DNA from: Bacteroidia bacterium
GTDB lineage: Bacteria; Bacteroidota; Bacteroidia; 2-12-FULL-35-15
Assembly: GCA_030654175.1 (NCBI GenBank)
Contig: JAURXZ010000049.1
Span: 92,334-156,333, forward strand
Length of the DNA: 64,000 bases
Direction of reading: 5' to 3'
The position numbers were made by a program, and so were the translations under genes. The notes beneath the pieces were generated by a model, which made no database searches, was not told the origin of the DNA, and saw nothing but the letters and a program-made list of their open reading frames with translations. Of the stretch, positions 38,023 through 49,633 are shown piece by piece; position 1 is the stretch's first letter; each line of letters begins with the position of its first letter.

Positions 38023-39159
38023 TTATGCAGTAACAGCAGCCTTTTTTTCCATCTTTTTAACAGAAGCGATCATTGCTATAAAATCATCAAACAAATAACG
38101 GGAGTCATAAGGGCCTGGGCAAGCTTCGGGATGATGTTGAACAGAAAATACATTTCTGTCGGTATAACGTAAACCTTCAATGGTTTTATCATTCAGGTTT
38201 ATGTGAGTGATCTCCATATTTTTTATTTTAGCAACATCTTCTGCTTTCACACCAAAACCGTGATTTTGCGAAGTGATCTCACATTTCCCTGTTATCAGGT
38301 TTTTCACAGGGTGGTTGATACCACGGTGTCCTTTATGCATTTTAAAAGTTGATATTCCGGATGCTTCAGCAATTAACTGGTGTCCTAAACAAATGCCGAA
38401 TGTAGGAACCGCAGAATTTATTATTTTTTTAATCGTTGCAACTTCCTCTATCATTATACCGGGATCGCCAGGGCCGTTTGAGATCAAAAAGCCATCGGGG
38501 TTCCATTTCATCATTTCTTCAAATGAAGTTTTCATCGGGAATACTTGCACATAACATCCGCGTTCCACCAGGCAACGTATAATATTTTTCTTAACACCAT
38601 AATCGGTAAGTGCTACTTTATAATCAGCAGCCGGATCTCCCATAAAATAAGGTTCCTTAGTACTCACTTTTGAGGATAGTTCCAAACCGATCATGGAAGG
38701 TACTTTTGAAAGTTTTTCCTGCAAAACAGCGATATCCTGCGTTTCGGATGATATAATACAGTTCATAGCACCTTTATCACGGATATAACGAACGATTGCG
38801 CGTGTATCTACATCTGAAATGGCAACTATGTTATCATGCAAAAAATAATCCTTTAAAGAGCCGTTAGATCGTTTTCTCGAATGAAAATCATTAAATTGTT
38901 TGCATATTAAACCTGCAATTTTTATAGAATCAGATTCTACTTCATCATTATTTACACCATAGTTACCAATATGTACATTGGTGGCCACTATTATTTGTCC
39001 AAAATACGAAGGATCAGTGAATATTTCCTGGTAACCGGTCATACCGGTATTAAAGCAAATTTCACCTGTAGCAGTACCAATTTTTCCGGCCGCTTTTCCG
39101 TAAAATACTTTTCCATCTTCAAGTAGTAAGATGGCTGGGGCTTTAGCTGTGTATTTCAT
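38023..39159 (-). CDS. carA: Carbamoyl-phosphate synthase small (glutamine amidotransferase) subunit
   Basis: GATase catalytic GICLGHQL and HH motifs; 378 aa. Confidence 0.9.
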   Translation of the reverse strand: MKYTAKAPAILLLEDGKVFYGKAAGKIGTATGEICFNTGMTGYQEIFTDPSYFGQIIVATNVHIGNYGVNNDEVESDSIKIAGLICKQFNDFHSRKRSNGSLKDYFLHDNIVAISDVDTRAIVRYIRDKGAMNCIISSETQDIAVLQEKLSKVPSMIGLELSSKVSTKEPYFMGDPAADYKVALTDYGVKKNIIRCLVERGCYVQVFPMKTSFEEMMKWNPDGFLISNGPGDPGIMIEEVATIKKIINSAVPTFGICLGHQLIAEASGISTFKMHKGHRGINHPVKNLITGKCEITSQNHGFGVKAEDVAKIKNMEITHINLNDKTIEGLRYTDRNVFSVQHHPEACPGPYDSRYLFDDFIAMIASVKKMEKKAAVTA

Positions 39160-39217
39160 GTTAAAATATTTTATTCTTCTTCATCTTCTCAGGGAGAAGG
39201 GTGGGAGTGAGGTGCAT

Positions 39218-39248
39218 AAAAAAAGGATAAAGCAAAATTACTTTATCC
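39218..39248 (-). terminator. Rho-independent terminator after rplQ (ggataaag-loop-ctttatcc + U7 on the minus strand)
   Basis: 8-bp stem read from the sequence. The A7 run on the plus strand is U7 on the minus strand. Confidence 0.55.
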
Positions 39249-39278
39249 TTTTTAAATATAAAAACTTAATTCAAAAAA

Positions 39279-39788
39279 TTATTCACCTTTAGGTTCATCT
39301 GTTGCTTCATCAGTTGCTCCTTTTTCAGAAGTAGCTTTAGGTGCTTTTGCAGTTCCTTCAGTTGTTTTTTTCTTAGTACTACGTCTTGCAGCTTTTGCTT
39401 TTACAGGAGCTTTAGCAACTAACATATTTTCGTTGTAATCAACTAATTCAATAAAGCACATATCAGCTCTATCACCTAAGCGATTACCGGTTTTTAAAAT
39501 TCTGGTGTATCCACCCGGACGATCAGCAATTTTAGCTGCAACATCTTTGAACAACATATCCACAGCTTCTTTGCTTTTTAAATAAGCAAAGACAGTACGT
39601 CTTGAATGTGTAGAATCATCTTTTGATTTAGTTAAAAGTGGTTCAACATATAGTCTTAACGCTTTTGCTTTAGCTACAGTAGTAGAAATGCGTTTGTGAA
39701 GAATAAGTGAGCTAGCCATATTCGCCAACATCGATTTACGATGTGCTGTCTTTCTTCCTAAATTATTTAATTTATCTCCGTGTCTCAT
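39279..39788 (-). CDS. rplQ: 50S ribosomal protein L17
   Basis: [18 protein letters not shown]-terminus plus a basic C-terminal tail. Confidence 0.95.
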   Translation of the reverse strand: MRHGDKLNNLGRKTAHRKSMLANMASSLILHKRISTTVAKAKALRLYVEPLLTKSKDDSTHSRRTVFAYLKSKEAVDMLFKDVAAKIADRPGGYTRILKTGNRLGDRADMCFIELVDYNENMLVAKAPVKAKAARRSTKKKTTEGTAKAPKATSEKGATDEATDEPKGE

Positions 39789-39865
39789 TTTATTTTTAGT
39801 ATTAAGATGTTAGATTTTTAGATATTAGATGTTAAACATCCATTATCTAATATCCAAAATCTAAT

Positions 39866-40858
39866 TTATTCTTTATCTAATTTATATTTTGCTAAGTTCA
39901 TTCCAAAGGTTAAACCTTTGTTTGCTACAAGATCTTCTAACTCTGTTAATGATTTTTTACCGAAGTTACGGAATTTTAATAAATCATGTTTAGCGAAAGA
40001 AACTAAATCAGCAAGAGTATCAACATCAGCAGCTTTTAAGCAATTTAATGCACGCACTGAAAGATCCATATCAACTAATTTCGTTTTTAATAACTGACGC
40101 ATGTGTAATGATGTTTCATCAAATTCTTCAGTCGCCATTTTTTCTTCAGTATCCAATGTGATACGCTCGTCAGAGAATAACATAAAGTGGTGAATAAGAA
40201 TTTTAGCTGCTTCTTTTAATGCTTCTTTCGGGTGAATAGAACCATCAGTAACAATGTTCATTATTAGTTTCTCGTAATCTGTTTTTTGTTCAACACGGAA
40301 GTTCTCAATGCTGTACTGAACATTTTTGATTGGAGTGTAAATAGAGTCGATCGGAATTAAACCCAAACTTGCGTTAACCGGCTTGTTCTCTTCTGCAGGA
40401 ACATAACCACGGCCTTTGTCAATTGTTAATTCTAATCTTAATTTTACATTTGGCTCCATGTTACAGATAACAAGATCTGAATTCAAAACCTGGAATCCTG
40501 AAGTAAATTTACCGATATCACCAGCAGTTAACTGAGTTTTACCAGTAACAGTAACAGTTACTTTTTCAAAATCTGTAGTTTCAATTTGCTTTTTAAAACG
40601 AACCTGCTTTAAGTTAAGGATTATTTCTGTTACATCTTCAGTAACACCTTTAAGTGTAGAAAATTCATGATCAACACCTTCAATTTTCATTGTAGTGATT
40701 GCGTGACCTTCAAGTGATGACAATAAAATTCTTCTTAAAGCATTACCTACGGTAATACCATAGCCAGGCTCTAAAGGACGGAATTCAAATTGTCCTTCAG
40801 TTTCACTGGAGTTAATCATAATAACCTTATCAGGTTTTTGAAAAGCTAAAATTGCCAT
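39866..40858 (-). CDS. rpoA: DNA-directed RNA polymerase subunit alpha
   Basis: 330 aa. Conserved N-terminal-domain and C-terminal-domain blocks. Position between rpsD and rplQ. Confidence 0.95.
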   Translation of the reverse strand: MAILAFQKPDKVIMINSSETEGQFEFRPLEPGYGITVGNALRRILLSSLEGHAITTMKIEGVDHEFSTLKGVTEDVTEIILNLKQVRFKKQIETTDFEKVTVTVTGKTQLTAGDIGKFTSGFQVLNSDLVICNMEPNVKLRLELTIDKGRGYVPAEENKPVNASLGLIPIDSIYTPIKNVQYSIENFRVEQKTDYEKLIMNIVTDGSIHPKEALKEAAKILIHHFMLFSDERITLDTEEKMATEEFDETSLHMRQLLKTKLVDMDLSVRALNCLKAADVDTLADLVSFAKHDLLKFRNFGKKSLTELEDLVANKGLTFGMNLAKYKLDKE

Positions 40859-40953
40859 GTGTGTGTATAGTTATTAGTTTATAGTTAATTGTTAATTGTC
40901 TTGAGCAGGGGAAATTTAAAGTGGAGACTTTCTCCAAACTTCCAACTCAGGGC

Positions 40954-41559
40954 TTATTTAGAGTACAACTCGACAATTAGTTGTTCTTTTATATTTTCTG
41001 GTATTTGAACTCTTTCAGGAATTGAAATAAATTTACCTACCATACTTGTTTTATCAAAATCCATCCAAGGAAACTGATTGCTTGAAGATAATACATTTTT
41101 GCTGATCACTTCTAATGTTTTTGAACGCTCACGTACTCCAACAGCATCACCTGGTTTTAATACATAAGATGCAATGTTTACAACATTACCATTAACTGTG
41201 ATATGACCATGACCAACTAATTGACGCGCACCGCTGCGAGTAGGAGCAATGCCCATACGATAAACAACATTATCCAAACGGGATTCGATCAACTGAAGTA
41301 AAACTTCACCAGTAACACCATGTGCAGTTTGAGCCATCGCGTAAATTTTTGCAAACTGACGCTCTAATATACCATAAGTATATTTTGCTTTTTGTTTTTC
41401 ACGTAACTGTACAGAGTATTCCGATTGCTTAGAACGTTTTTTAGATAAACCATGCATTCCCGGAGGATAATTCTTTTTTTCTAATGCCTTATCAGGACCG
41501 AATATTGGTTCTTTAAACTTTCTTGCAATTTTTGACTTGGGGCCGATGTATCTTGCCAT
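40954..41559 (-). CDS. rpsD: 30S ribosomal protein S4
   Basis: [15 protein letters not shown]. Confidence 0.95.
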   Translation of the reverse strand: MARYIGPKSKIARKFKEPIFGPDKALEKKNYPPGMHGLSKKRSKQSEYSVQLREKQKAKYTYGILERQFAKIYAMAQTAHGVTGEVLLQLIESRLDNVVYRMGIAPTRSGARQLVGHGHITVNGNVVNIASYVLKPGDAVGVRERSKTLEVISKNVLSSSNQFPWMDFDKTSMVGKFISIPERVQIPENIKEQLIVELYSK

Positions 41560-41675
41560 TTTATTTTGTTATTGATTGTTAGTTGTTGGTTGTTAGTTGT
41601 CAGATAAATTTTTGACTTCGAACTTTCAAACTTTGAACTTTCTAACTCTGAACTTTCAAACTTTGAACTATAATA

Positions 41676-42086
41676 TTATACTCTTCTGCGTTTTGGAGGA
41701 CGGCAACCATTGTGTGGAATTGGTGTGATATCCATGATTTCACTTACTTCAATACCTGCACCGGAAATAGTACGTATCGCTGATTCACGACCTGCACCAG
41801 GACCTTTAACAAATACTTTTACTTTTCTTAATCCGGCAGCGTGAGCTACTTTTGCACAATCCGAAGCTGCTAACTGAGCGGCATAAGGTGTGTTCTTTTT
41901 TGAACCACGGAATCCCATTTTACCAGCACTCGACCATGATATCACCTGTCCGGTAATGTTGGTTAAGGAAATAATAATGTTGTTAAATGTAGCGTTGATA
42001 TGAGCTTCCCCAATTGCATCTACTTTTACAACTCTTTTTTTAGCAACTGCTTTAGCTGCAGTTGTTGATTGATTTTGTTTAGCCAT
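41676..42086 (-). CDS. rpsK: 30S ribosomal protein S11
   Basis: Conserved C-terminus ...[18 protein letters not shown]. Confidence 0.95.
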   Translation of the reverse strand: MAKQNQSTTAAKAVAKKRVVKVDAIGEAHINATFNNIIISLTNITGQVISWSSAGKMGFRGSKKNTPYAAQLAASDCAKVAHAAGLRKVKVFVKGPGAGRESAIRTISGAGIEVSEIMDITPIPHNGCRPPKRRRV

Positions 42087-42167
42087 TTTTTTTTGAGTTT
42101 AAAGCTTAAAGTTTAAAGTTGTTGGTATTAACTTTCCAACTTTGAACTTTCGAACTTTAAATTAATT

Positions 42168-42545
42168 TTATTTCGTTACTTTTTTCTTGTTTGCAACTGT
42201 TTTACGTTTACCTTTTCTGGTACGTGCATTGTTTTTAGTTGTTTGACCACGCACAGGTAAGCCTAAACGGTGACGAATACCTCTGTAAGCACCAATATCC
42301 ATCAAACGTTTGATGTTTAATTGAACTTCAGAACGTAAAGAACCTTCTAATTTGTACTTATCATTAAGGATAGTACGGATAGCAGTTAACTGGTCATCAT
42401 TCCAGTCTTGAACTTTGGTATTCCAATCGATACCAGCTTCAGTTAATACTTTCTGAGCACTGCTACGACCTATTCCGTAAATGTAAGTTAAGCCAATTTC
42501 GCCTCTTTTGTTGTTTGGTAAATCAATACCTGCAATTCTTGCCAT
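42168..42545 (-). CDS. rpsM: 30S ribosomal protein S13
   Basis: [11 protein letters not shown]-terminus. Confidence 0.95.
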   Translation of the reverse strand: MARIAGIDLPNNKRGEIGLTYIYGIGRSSAQKVLTEAGIDWNTKVQDWNDDQLTAIRTILNDKYKLEGSLRSEVQLNIKRLMDIGAYRGIRHRLGLPVRGQTTKNNARTRKGKRKTVANKKKVTK

Positions 42546-42648
42546 TGTTTATTTAGTTTAAAGTTTTTTAGTTTAAAGTTTTAAAGTTTTTAGTTTCAAA
42601 GTTTTGCAACTTTTTAACTTTTAACTTTCTAACTTTTAACCCTATTTA

Positions 42649-42765
42649 TTACCCTTGTCTTTGTTTAAACTTAGGATTTTTTTTGTTGATCACATACAAA
42701 ACGCCATTTCTACGAACTATTTTGCAGTCAACACTTCTTTTTTTGATTGATGTTCTTACTTTCAT
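42649..42765 (-). CDS. rpmJ: 50S ribosomal protein L36 (38 aa; absent from the 60-aa ORF track)
   Basis: Hand translation gives [38 protein letters not shown]. Zinc-ribbon Cys/His pattern. Canonical infA-rpmJ-rpsM position. Confidence 0.85.
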   Translation of the reverse strand: MKVRTSIKKRSVDCKIVRRNGVLYVINKKNPKFKQRQG

Positions 42766-42843
42766 TTTAATTTAGATTTGAGTCCTGAGATTTGAGATTT
42801 GAGATTTCTAACATCTCTTATCTAATATCTCATATCTGTTTTT

Positions 42844-43062
42844 TTATTTGTATCTATATGTTATTCTTCCTTTTGTTAAATCATAAGGCGACATTTCAAT
42901 TTTTACTTTGTCACCGGTTAAAATTTTAATATAATGCATACGCATCTTTCCTGAAATATGCGCTGTAATCACGTGTCCGTTCTCAAGCTCAACGCGAAAC
43001 ATTGCATTCGACAATGCCTCTAAAATAATTCCGTCCTGCTCAATTGACGCTTGTTTAGCCAT
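42844..43062 (-). CDS. infA: Translation initiation factor IF-1
   Basis: 72 aa S1-like fold; ...[12 protein letters not shown]. Confidence 0.95.
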   Translation of the reverse strand: MAKQASIEQDGIILEALSNAMFRVELENGHVITAHISGKMRMHYIKILTGDKVKIEMSPYDLTKGRITYRYK

Positions 43063-43128
43063 ATATTTTTATTCCATTTAATAATTTAGCCGGTTTGGAA
43101 GTCCGCAAAGGTACAAATTCCTAACTAA

Positions 43129-43923
43129 TTACTGTAAATTATTTTTATTTAGTGCTTTTTCTATATAATCGAAGCTCGATAGTATATCAGCTTTATCTTT
43201 TCCAATAGCAATTGTATGCTCAAAATGTGCTGAAGCTAAGTTATCAGCAGTACGTATTGTCCAACCATCTTTTTCCTGGATAATTGCTTTTTTTCCCAAA
43301 TTGATCATTGGTTCAATTGCAATAACTAAACCTTCCTGAAGCTTAAGTCCTGTTCCTTTTTTACCATAATTAGGTACTTCAGGTGCTTCGTGAAGGTTTT
43401 GGCCTATTCCATGTCCAACCAATTCGCGTACTATAGAATAACCATTCTTTTCAGCGTGATATTGAACAGCATCTCCGATATCTCCCAAACGATTGCCAAC
43501 TATTGCCACTTCAATTGCTTTGTAAAGGCTTTCTTTGGTAATCTTTAAAAGATTGAGGATCTCCGGTTTTACTTCACCGATCGCAAAAGTATATGCTGAG
43601 TCGCCAAAATATTTATTTTTAACTACTCCACAGTCTACTGAAACAATATCACCATCTTTTAAAATATAGTTACTTGGTATACCGTGTACTACGTGTGAAT
43701 TTAATGAAATACACAATGTATTCGGAAAACCGCTGTATCCTTTAAAAGCAGGTATTGCGTTGTTATCTTTAATAAACTCTTCAGCAATTTTATCCAAAGA
43801 TAAACTTGTAATTCCGGGTTTAATAATTTTAGCAACCTCTGCTAATGTTTTTCCAACAAGTAAAGAACTTTCTCGTATTAACTCTATTTCCTCTTTAGTC
43901 TTATAAAAAACGCCTTTTGACAC
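43129..43923 (-). CDS. map: Methionine aminopeptidase, type I
   Basis: Metal-ligand motifs (VDCG, HGIGQNLHE, EPM). Confidence 0.9.
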   Translation of the reverse strand: MSKGVFYKTKEEIELIRESSLLVGKTLAEVAKIIKPGITSLSLDKIAEEFIKDNNAIPAFKGYSGFPNTLCISLNSHVVHGIPSNYILKDGDIVSVDCGVVKNKYFGDSAYTFAIGEVKPEILNLLKITKESLYKAIEVAIVGNRLGDIGDAVQYHAEKNGYSIVRELVGHGIGQNLHEAPEVPNYGKKGTGLKLQEGLVIAIEPMINLGKKAIIQEKDGWTIRTADNLASAHFEHTIAIGKDKADILSSFDYIEKALNKNNLQ

Positions 43924-44014
43924 TCTTTGATTTGTTGATTTAGTGATTTTATGATCTGGAGATTTGCTTAATTTTAATTCTCCAACTTTTAAATTTCCAA
44001 CTTCCCAACTCTCT

Positions 44015-44061
44015 AACTTTCTAATTTTCTAACTTTCTAACTTTCTAACTTTCTAACTTTT
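44015..44061. repeat. Micro-tandem repeat (AACTTTCT)x6, imperfect, directly downstream of the secY stop
   Basis: Units aactttct/aattttct/aactttct/aactttct/aactttct/aactttt read directly from the sequence. Confidence 0.8.
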
Positions 44062-44062
44062 A

Positions 44063-45403
44063 TTAGGCCGTTGTCATACTCATAGAAGAACGACCTTTTA
44101 TTTTTCCGGTTTTCATTAATCCATCATAATGACGCATTAATAAATGACTTTCAATTTGTTGCAAAGTATCCAATACTACCCCAACTAAAATCAACAATGA
44201 AGTTCCTCCGTAGAATTGTGCAAATTCCTCATTAATGTTTATTTTAACAGCAAATGCAGGTAAAATAGCTATTAGTGCAAGAAAAATAGATCCTGGTAAA
44301 GTAATTCTTGACATTACAAGATCAATAAATTCAGCAGTTTTTTTACCCGGCTTTATTCCCGGTACAAAGCCACCATTACGTTTCATATCTTCCGCCATTT
44401 GGTTTGGATTAACAGTAATGGCAGTATAGAAATAAGTAAAAATAATGATCAAAAGGGCAAATACAAGGTTATACCAAAATCCGTAGTGGTTAGAAAACGT
44501 CCCTACAAATCCGGTTAATGCTTCAGACTGAGAAAAACCAACAATAGTTAATGGGATGAACATGATTGCCTGAGCAAAAATGATCGGCATAACTCCTGCA
44601 GCATTCACTTTTAATGGAATGTACTGACGAACGCCACCGTATTGTTTATTCCCAACTATCTTTTTAGCGAACTGAACCGGTATTTTACGGGTTCCCTGTA
44701 CTAACATAATTGTTCCCATTATTACTAATAATAACAAAACAAGTTCTATTAATAACATGATCAATCCACCACCTTCACCACCTAAACGTGAACCAAATTC
44801 AGAAACAAATGCAAACGGTAAACGAGCGATAATACCGATCATGATGATAATAGAAATACCGTTACCAATACCTTTGTCAGTAATTTTTTCTCCTAACCAC
44901 ATTACAAACATTGTTCCTGTGATCAAAATCAATACCGATTGAATGTACCAGAATGTGCTTGGATCAGAAACAACACCAGCTTTATTTGTAATTTGAGAAG
45001 CAATATATCCAGGTGCCTGTAACATTGTAATTACAACAGTTAAGAACCTTGTGATCTGATTTATTTTTTTACGTCCGCTTTCACCTGACATTTGCAACTT
45101 GCGGAAATAGGGGAGGGCCATACCCAATAACTGAATTACAATTGATGCAGAAATGTAAGGCATAATACCTAAACCAAAAACCGAAGCACGTGAAAACGCA
45201 CCACCTGCAAAAATATTGATTAAGCCAACAATTCCTTCGTTAGCACCTTTGCTAGCTGCAGAAAGTACTTCAGAGTTGACTCCGGGAAGTACAATATATG
45301 AACCCAAACGGTAAATTAAAATAAATCCAAGAGTGTTAAGAATACGCACTCTCAGATCGTCAATTTTCCAGATGTTTTTTAATGTATTTATTAAGTTCTT
45401 CAT
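44063..45403 (-). CDS. secY: Preprotein translocase subunit SecY
   Basis: 446 aa, 10 TM helices, conserved SecY blocks. Confidence 0.95.
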   Translation of the reverse strand: MKNLINTLKNIWKIDDLRVRILNTLGFILIYRLGSYIVLPGVNSEVLSAASKGANEGIVGLINIFAGGAFSRASVFGLGIMPYISASIVIQLLGMALPYFRKLQMSGESGRKKINQITRFLTVVITMLQAPGYIASQITNKAGVVSDPSTFWYIQSVLILITGTMFVMWLGEKITDKGIGNGISIIIMIGIIARLPFAFVSEFGSRLGGEGGGLIMLLIELVLLLLVIMGTIMLVQGTRKIPVQFAKKIVGNKQYGGVRQYIPLKVNAAGVMPIIFAQAIMFIPLTIVGFSQSEALTGFVGTFSNHYGFWYNLVFALLIIIFTYFYTAITVNPNQMAEDMKRNGGFVPGIKPGKKTAEFIDLVMSRITLPGSIFLALIAILPAFAVKININEEFAQFYGGTSLLILVGVVLDTLQQIESHLLMRHYDGLMKTGKIKGRSSMSMTTA

Positions 45404-45462
45404 AAAATTTTAAATCCCAAATTCTAAATTCTAACTAATAACTCCCAACTCCTCAGTCAGAA

Positions 45463-45912
45463 CTAAATTTCTACTGCTGTTCCGCCTTGAGCTTCAATAG
45501 CTGATTTTGCAGTTGCAGAAAAAGCATGTACTTTTATTTCAACTTTTGATTTTAACTCACCACGACCTAATACTTTTATCTTGTCGTTCTTATGTGCTAA
45601 TCCTTTTGAAATTAAGAAAGCGATATCAATTGTGCTTAATTTATTTTCTTCAACCAATGATTGAATAATATCTAAATTAATTCCACGATATTCAACACGG
45701 TTAATGTTTTTAAATCCGAATTTAGGAACACGTCTTTGTAATGGCATCTGTCCACCTTCGAAACCTCTTTTTGCTGAGTATCCTGAACGGGACTGAGCAC
45801 CTTTATGTCCTTTTGTTGATGTTCCACCTTTACCCGATCCCTGACCTCTACCTATACGTTTTTTGGCATTTTTAACCGAACCTTCTGCTGGAGTTAATTT
45901 ACTTAAATTCAT
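45463..45912 (-). CDS. rplO: 50S ribosomal protein L15
   Basis: Gly-rich basic N-terminus KRIGRGQGSGKGGTSTKGHKG. Confidence 0.95.
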   Translation of the reverse strand: MNLSKLTPAEGSVKNAKKRIGRGQGSGKGGTSTKGHKGAQSRSGYSAKRGFEGGQMPLQRRVPKFGFKNINRVEYRGINLDIIQSLVEENKLSTIDIAFLISKGLAHKNDKIKVLGRGELKSKVEIKVHAFSATAKSAIEAQGGTAVEI

Positions 45913-46003
45913 CTTTTTATATTTTTTAATTATTGATTTGTTGATTTAGTGATCTGAAGATTTAATAATTTTAAATTCTTCATTTCTCCATTTCTCAAAT
46001 TCT

Positions 46004-46180
46004 CTATTTTATAACTGTAATCAAATGTGCAACTTTTGCAATCATTCCATTAATTTGGGCATTAACTTCTTTTTCAATAGTTTGGTTCATTTTTGTAAAA
46101 CCAAGAGCACGTAATGTACGTTTTTGACGTTCAGGACGGTTAATACCACTTTTTGTTTGTTTAATTTTAATTGTTGCCAT
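46004..46180 (-). CDS. rpmD: 50S ribosomal protein L30 (58 aa; absent from the ORF track)
   Basis: Hand translation gives MATIKIKQTKSGINRPERQKRTLRALGFTKMNQTIEKEVNAQINGMIAKVAHLITVIK*. Canonical rpsE-rpmD-rplO position. Confidence 0.8.
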   Translation of the reverse strand: MATIKIKQTKSGINRPERQKRTLRALGFTKMNQTIEKEVNAQINGMIAKVAHLITVIK

Positions 46181-46266
46181 TTTGTTTTTTAGTTTAAAGT
46201 TTTTTAGTTTAAAGTTTAAAGTCGGCTTTCTTTTCCAACTTTGAACTTTCTAACTTCTAACTTATT

Positions 46267-46785
46267 TTATCCGTTAAATACTTTATCCATTGAAATACCA
46301 CGATGTTGAGCAACAGTTGCTGCATCACGCATTTTCATCAACGCATCCATAGTAGCTTTTACCACGTTGTGAGGGTTTGACGAACCTTTTGATTTTGCCA
46401 ATACATCAGTAACACCAACACTTTCCAATACTGCACGCATTGCACCACCAGCTATAACTCCTGTACCATGAGCAGCAGGCTTTAAGAATACTAATGCACC
46501 ACCAAATTTACCATATTGTTCGTGAGCAACACTTCCTTTAACAAGTGCAACTTTAATCAAATTCTTTTTAGCATCATCAATTCCTTTAGTGATTGCATCA
46601 GTAACTTCTTTAGCTTTACCTAAACCGTAACCTACAATACCTTTTTCGTTTCCAACTACAACAATAGCTGAAAATGTAAAGTTTCTACCACCTTTAGTAA
46701 CTTTAGTTACACGTTGGATGCTAACAAGCTTATCTTTAAGTTCGATGTCGCTTGATTTTACTCTTTTAATGTTTTCGTTTGACAT
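46267..46785 (-). CDS. rpsE: 30S ribosomal protein S5
   Basis: [19 protein letters not shown] motif. Confidence 0.95.
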   Translation of the reverse strand: MSNENIKRVKSSDIELKDKLVSIQRVTKVTKGGRNFTFSAIVVVGNEKGIVGYGLGKAKEVTDAITKGIDDAKKNLIKVALVKGSVAHEQYGKFGGALVFLKPAAHGTGVIAGGAMRAVLESVGVTDVLAKSKGSSNPHNVVKATMDALMKMRDAATVAQHRGISMDKVFNG

Positions 46786-46865
46786 TCTATTTATTTTTAG
46801 ATTTAGGATTTAGGATTCAGGATATTATCCTATCATCTTCAATCTTTAATTTTTTAATTTAATTA

Positions 46866-47222
46866 TTAAAACTTTAATCCTGCTTCACGAGCACCTTCTG
46901 CCAATGATTTAACACGGCCGTGATATAAGTAACCGTTTCTATCAAAACGAACAGTTGAAATACCTGCTTTTGTAGCTTTTTCAGCGATTGCTTTACCAAC
47001 TAATTTAGCCTGATCAATTTTGTTTCCTTTTGCTTCAGCAATTCCTTTATCTGTTGAAGAAGCTGCAACAAGTGTTTTACCTGTAACATCATCGATCAAC
47101 TGAACATAAATTCCTTTATTGCTTCTAAAAACAGATAATCTTGGATTTCCAGCTTCTCCGTGAACTACTTTACGGATGCGTTGTTTAATTCTGTTTCTTC
47201 TGAATTCTTTTGTAATAGCCAT
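46866..47222 (-). CDS. rplR: 50S ribosomal protein L18
   Basis: 118 aa. Conserved position in the spc operon and composition match L18. Confidence 0.93.
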   Translation of the reverse strand: MAITKEFRRNRIKQRIRKVVHGEAGNPRLSVFRSNKGIYVQLIDDVTGKTLVAASSTDKGIAEAKGNKIDQAKLVGKAIAEKATKAGISTVRFDRNGYLYHGRVKSLAEGAREAGLKF

Positions 47223-47274
47223 TTTATTTATCTTATTGCTATCGGTTTATGCCGATAATTATGAATTCTTTATA

Positions 47275-47829
47275 TTATTTACCTGCTGATTTACCAGCTT
47301 TCTTTCTTAAAATTTCACCGGCAAACTTAATACCTTTTCCTTTATATGGTTCAGGTTTACGTAATGAACGTATTTTTGCAGCAACAGCACCTATCAATTG
47401 TTTATCGGCACACTCCAAAATAATCGTTGGATTTTTACCTTTTTCTGTAGTTGTAGTTACTTTAATTTCAGCTGGCAATTCAAAAGAAATATTGTGAGAA
47501 AAACCTAAAGTTAATTCTAACAACTGACCTTTGTTTGCAGCACGGAAACCAACACCAACAAGTTCTTGTTCGGTTTTGTATCCTTCGCTAACACCTTTAA
47601 CCATTGAAGCTATCAATGCGCGGTATAAACCATGCATTGCTTTGTGGCGTTTTTGTTCAGTAGCACGTTCAACTGTAATTACTCCACCTTCATTTTTGAT
47701 GGTAATAGCAGCATCTAGTTTTTGAGTTAAAGTACCTTTAGCACCTTTAACTGTTACTACATTTTTATCTGAAACATTTACATCTACTCCTTTTGGAAGT
47801 GCGATTGGTAATTTACCTATTCTTGACAT
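47275..47829 (-). CDS. rplF: 50S ribosomal protein L6
   Basis: MSRIGKLPIALPKGV N-terminus. Confidence 0.95.
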   Translation of the reverse strand: MSRIGKLPIALPKGVDVNVSDKNVVTVKGAKGTLTQKLDAAITIKNEGGVITVERATEQKRHKAMHGLYRALIASMVKGVSEGYKTEQELVGVGFRAANKGQLLELTLGFSHNISFELPAEIKVTTTTEKGKNPTIILECADKQLIGAVAAKIRSLRKPEPYKGKGIKFAGEILRKKAGKSAGK

Positions 47830-47912
47830 TTTTCTTTCCTCCTGAATTTACTACGAATTACGAATTTTAACGAATTACGAATCTGTGTGTTGTATTTATG
47901 TTTATTAAAAGA

Positions 47913-48308
47913 TTAATAAACATAGCATAATACTTCACCACCCACTTTTTGAGTTTTCGCTTCTTTATCAGTCATTACACCTTTAGAAGTAGAAATGATG
48001 GCAACACCCAAACCATTTAAAACGCGGGGTAATTTTGTTGACCCTGCATATTGTCTTAAACCCGGAGTACTAATTCTTGTTAAATTTTTAATAGCTGATT
48101 GTTTACTTACCGGATGGTATTTCAAAGCAATTTTAATAACGCCCTGAACGGTTGTAGTCTCGAATTTGTAGCTTAAAATGTAGCCTTTTTCGAAAAGGAT
48201 TTTTGTGATCTCTTTTTTTAGATTGGAAGAAGGGATTTCTACAATTCTGTGGTTTGCTTTAATAGCATTTCTTACTCTTGTAAGGTAATCTGCAATGGTA
48301 TCTGTCAT
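47913..48308 (-). CDS. rpsH: 30S ribosomal protein S8
   Basis: MTDTIADYLTRVRNA N-terminus. Confidence 0.95.
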   Translation of the reverse strand: MTDTIADYLTRVRNAIKANHRIVEIPSSNLKKEITKILFEKGYILSYKFETTTVQGVIKIALKYHPVSKQSAIKNLTRISTPGLRQYAGSTKLPRVLNGLGVAIISTSKGVMTDKEAKTQKVGGEVLCYVY

Positions 48309-48384
48309 TTTTTTTGGTTTTATATCTTATCCCGCACGCAGGATAATTATATATTAATACTCTTTTTATTTCAATTTGGTAAAA

Positions 48385-48654
48385 CTACCAGCTTGATTTC
48401 GTGATGCCCGGGATCAAACCATCCAAAGCCATTTCGCGAAATGAATTTCTGGAAAGTCCAAACTGGCGCATGTAGCCTCTTGGACGACCGGTTAATTTAC
48501 AACGGTTACGTTGACGACCCGGAGAAGATGCTCTAGGAAGTTTTTGTAATCCAACTGAATCACCTGCTGCTTTTAAAGCAGCTCTTCTGTCAGCGTATAG
48601 GTCAGCAAGTCTTTTTCTTTTAACTTCTCTTGCCTTCATTGATTCTTTTGCCAT
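48385..48654 (-). CDS. rpsN: 30S ribosomal protein S14 (long, non-zinc form)
   Basis: 89 aa; conserved C-terminus ...[10 protein letters not shown]. Confidence 0.93.
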   Translation of the reverse strand: MAKESMKAREVKRKRLADLYADRRAALKAAGDSVGLQKLPRASSPGRQRNRCKLTGRPRGYMRQFGLSRNSFREMALDGLIPGITKSSW

Positions 48655-48728
48655 CTTTTTCTTATTTAGAATTTAGGATTTTTGATTTAGGATTTTTAAT
48701 TCCTGAATCCATAAATCCTTAATATTTT

Positions 48729-49286
48729 TTATTTCTTCTGATTCTTAAAAGGTAATCCAAATTCGCTTAACAAAGCTAATGCTTCATCATCGCTACCTGC
48801 AGTAGTTACGAATGTAATGTCCATACCCATTATTTTATTTACTTTGTCAATATCAATTTCAGGGAAAATGATTTGCTCAGTAACACCTAATGTATAGTTT
48901 CCACTTCCGTCAAATCCTTTTTCATTGATTCCTCTAAAATCACGAATCCGGGGCAAAGCTACGGAAATTAATCGATCTAAAAACTCATACATCATATCTC
49001 CACGTAAAGTAACTCTAACTCCGATAGGAACTCCTTTACGAAGTTTGAAGTTAGAAATGTCTTTTTTAGAGATAGTTGCAACTGCCTTTTGCCCACTGAT
49101 AGTGGTCATTTCCTTGATTGCACCTTCTATTAATTTTTTGTCAGAAACAGCCTCACCAACTCCTTGGTTAAGGCATATTTTTGTTATTTTTGGTACCTGC
49201 ATTGAACTGCTATAACCAAATTTTTTCTGTAAAGCAGGTACTACATCTGCTTTATACTTGTCTTTTAAGCGTGGTGAATAAGCCAT
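48729..49286 (-). CDS. rplE: 50S ribosomal protein L5
   Basis: 185 aa; spc-operon position between rplX and rpsN. Confidence 0.95.
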   Translation of the reverse strand: MAYSPRLKDKYKADVVPALQKKFGYSSSMQVPKITKICLNQGVGEAVSDKKLIEGAIKEMTTISGQKAVATISKKDISNFKLRKGVPIGVRVTLRGDMMYEFLDRLISVALPRIRDFRGINEKGFDGSGNYTLGVTEQIIFPEIDIDKVNKIMGMDITFVTTAGSDDEALALLSEFGLPFKNQKK

Positions 49287-49612
49287 TATTTAATTACCTC
49301 CCCTGATTTTTTTGAGTAACGTACTAGTTTTTTGCTTTTGTCATCTAATTTACGACCAACACGGGTAGCTTTACCTGTTCCTGGTTCAATCACCATTAGA
49401 TTAGAAATATGGACTGAAGCCTCTTGCTTTACAATTCCACCTTGTGGGCTTTTAGTGTTTGGTTTAGTATGTTTCGATACTAAATTAACGCCTTCCACAA
49501 TTGCACGGCTTTTTACTCTATCAATAGATAGAACTTTGCCTTCCTGATTCTTTGAATCACCGGCAATAACTTTAACAGAATCGCCTTTTTTGATGTGTAA
49601 CTTTACTTGCAT
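49286..49612 (-). CDS. rplX: 50S ribosomal protein L24
   Basis: KOW-motif N-terminus ([22 protein letters not shown]). Confidence 0.93.
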   Translation of the reverse strand: MQVKLHIKKGDSVKVIAGDSKNQEGKVLSIDRVKSRAIVEGVNLVSKHTKPNTKSPQGGIVKQEASVHISNLMVIEPGTGKATRVGRKLDDKSKKLVRYSKKSGEVIK

Positions 49613-49633
49613 TGTTATTTATTGATTATTCAC

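Noticed and set aside
40859-41600. Recurring ttgttagtt / aactaacaa A/C-rich motifs upstream of rpoA, rpsD and fusA
   Set aside because: On the coding (minus) strand these read as AACAA-rich leaders directly 5' of the start codons. That is the known Shine-Dalgarno-less, A-rich translation-initiation context of Bacteroidota and not a novel repeat element.
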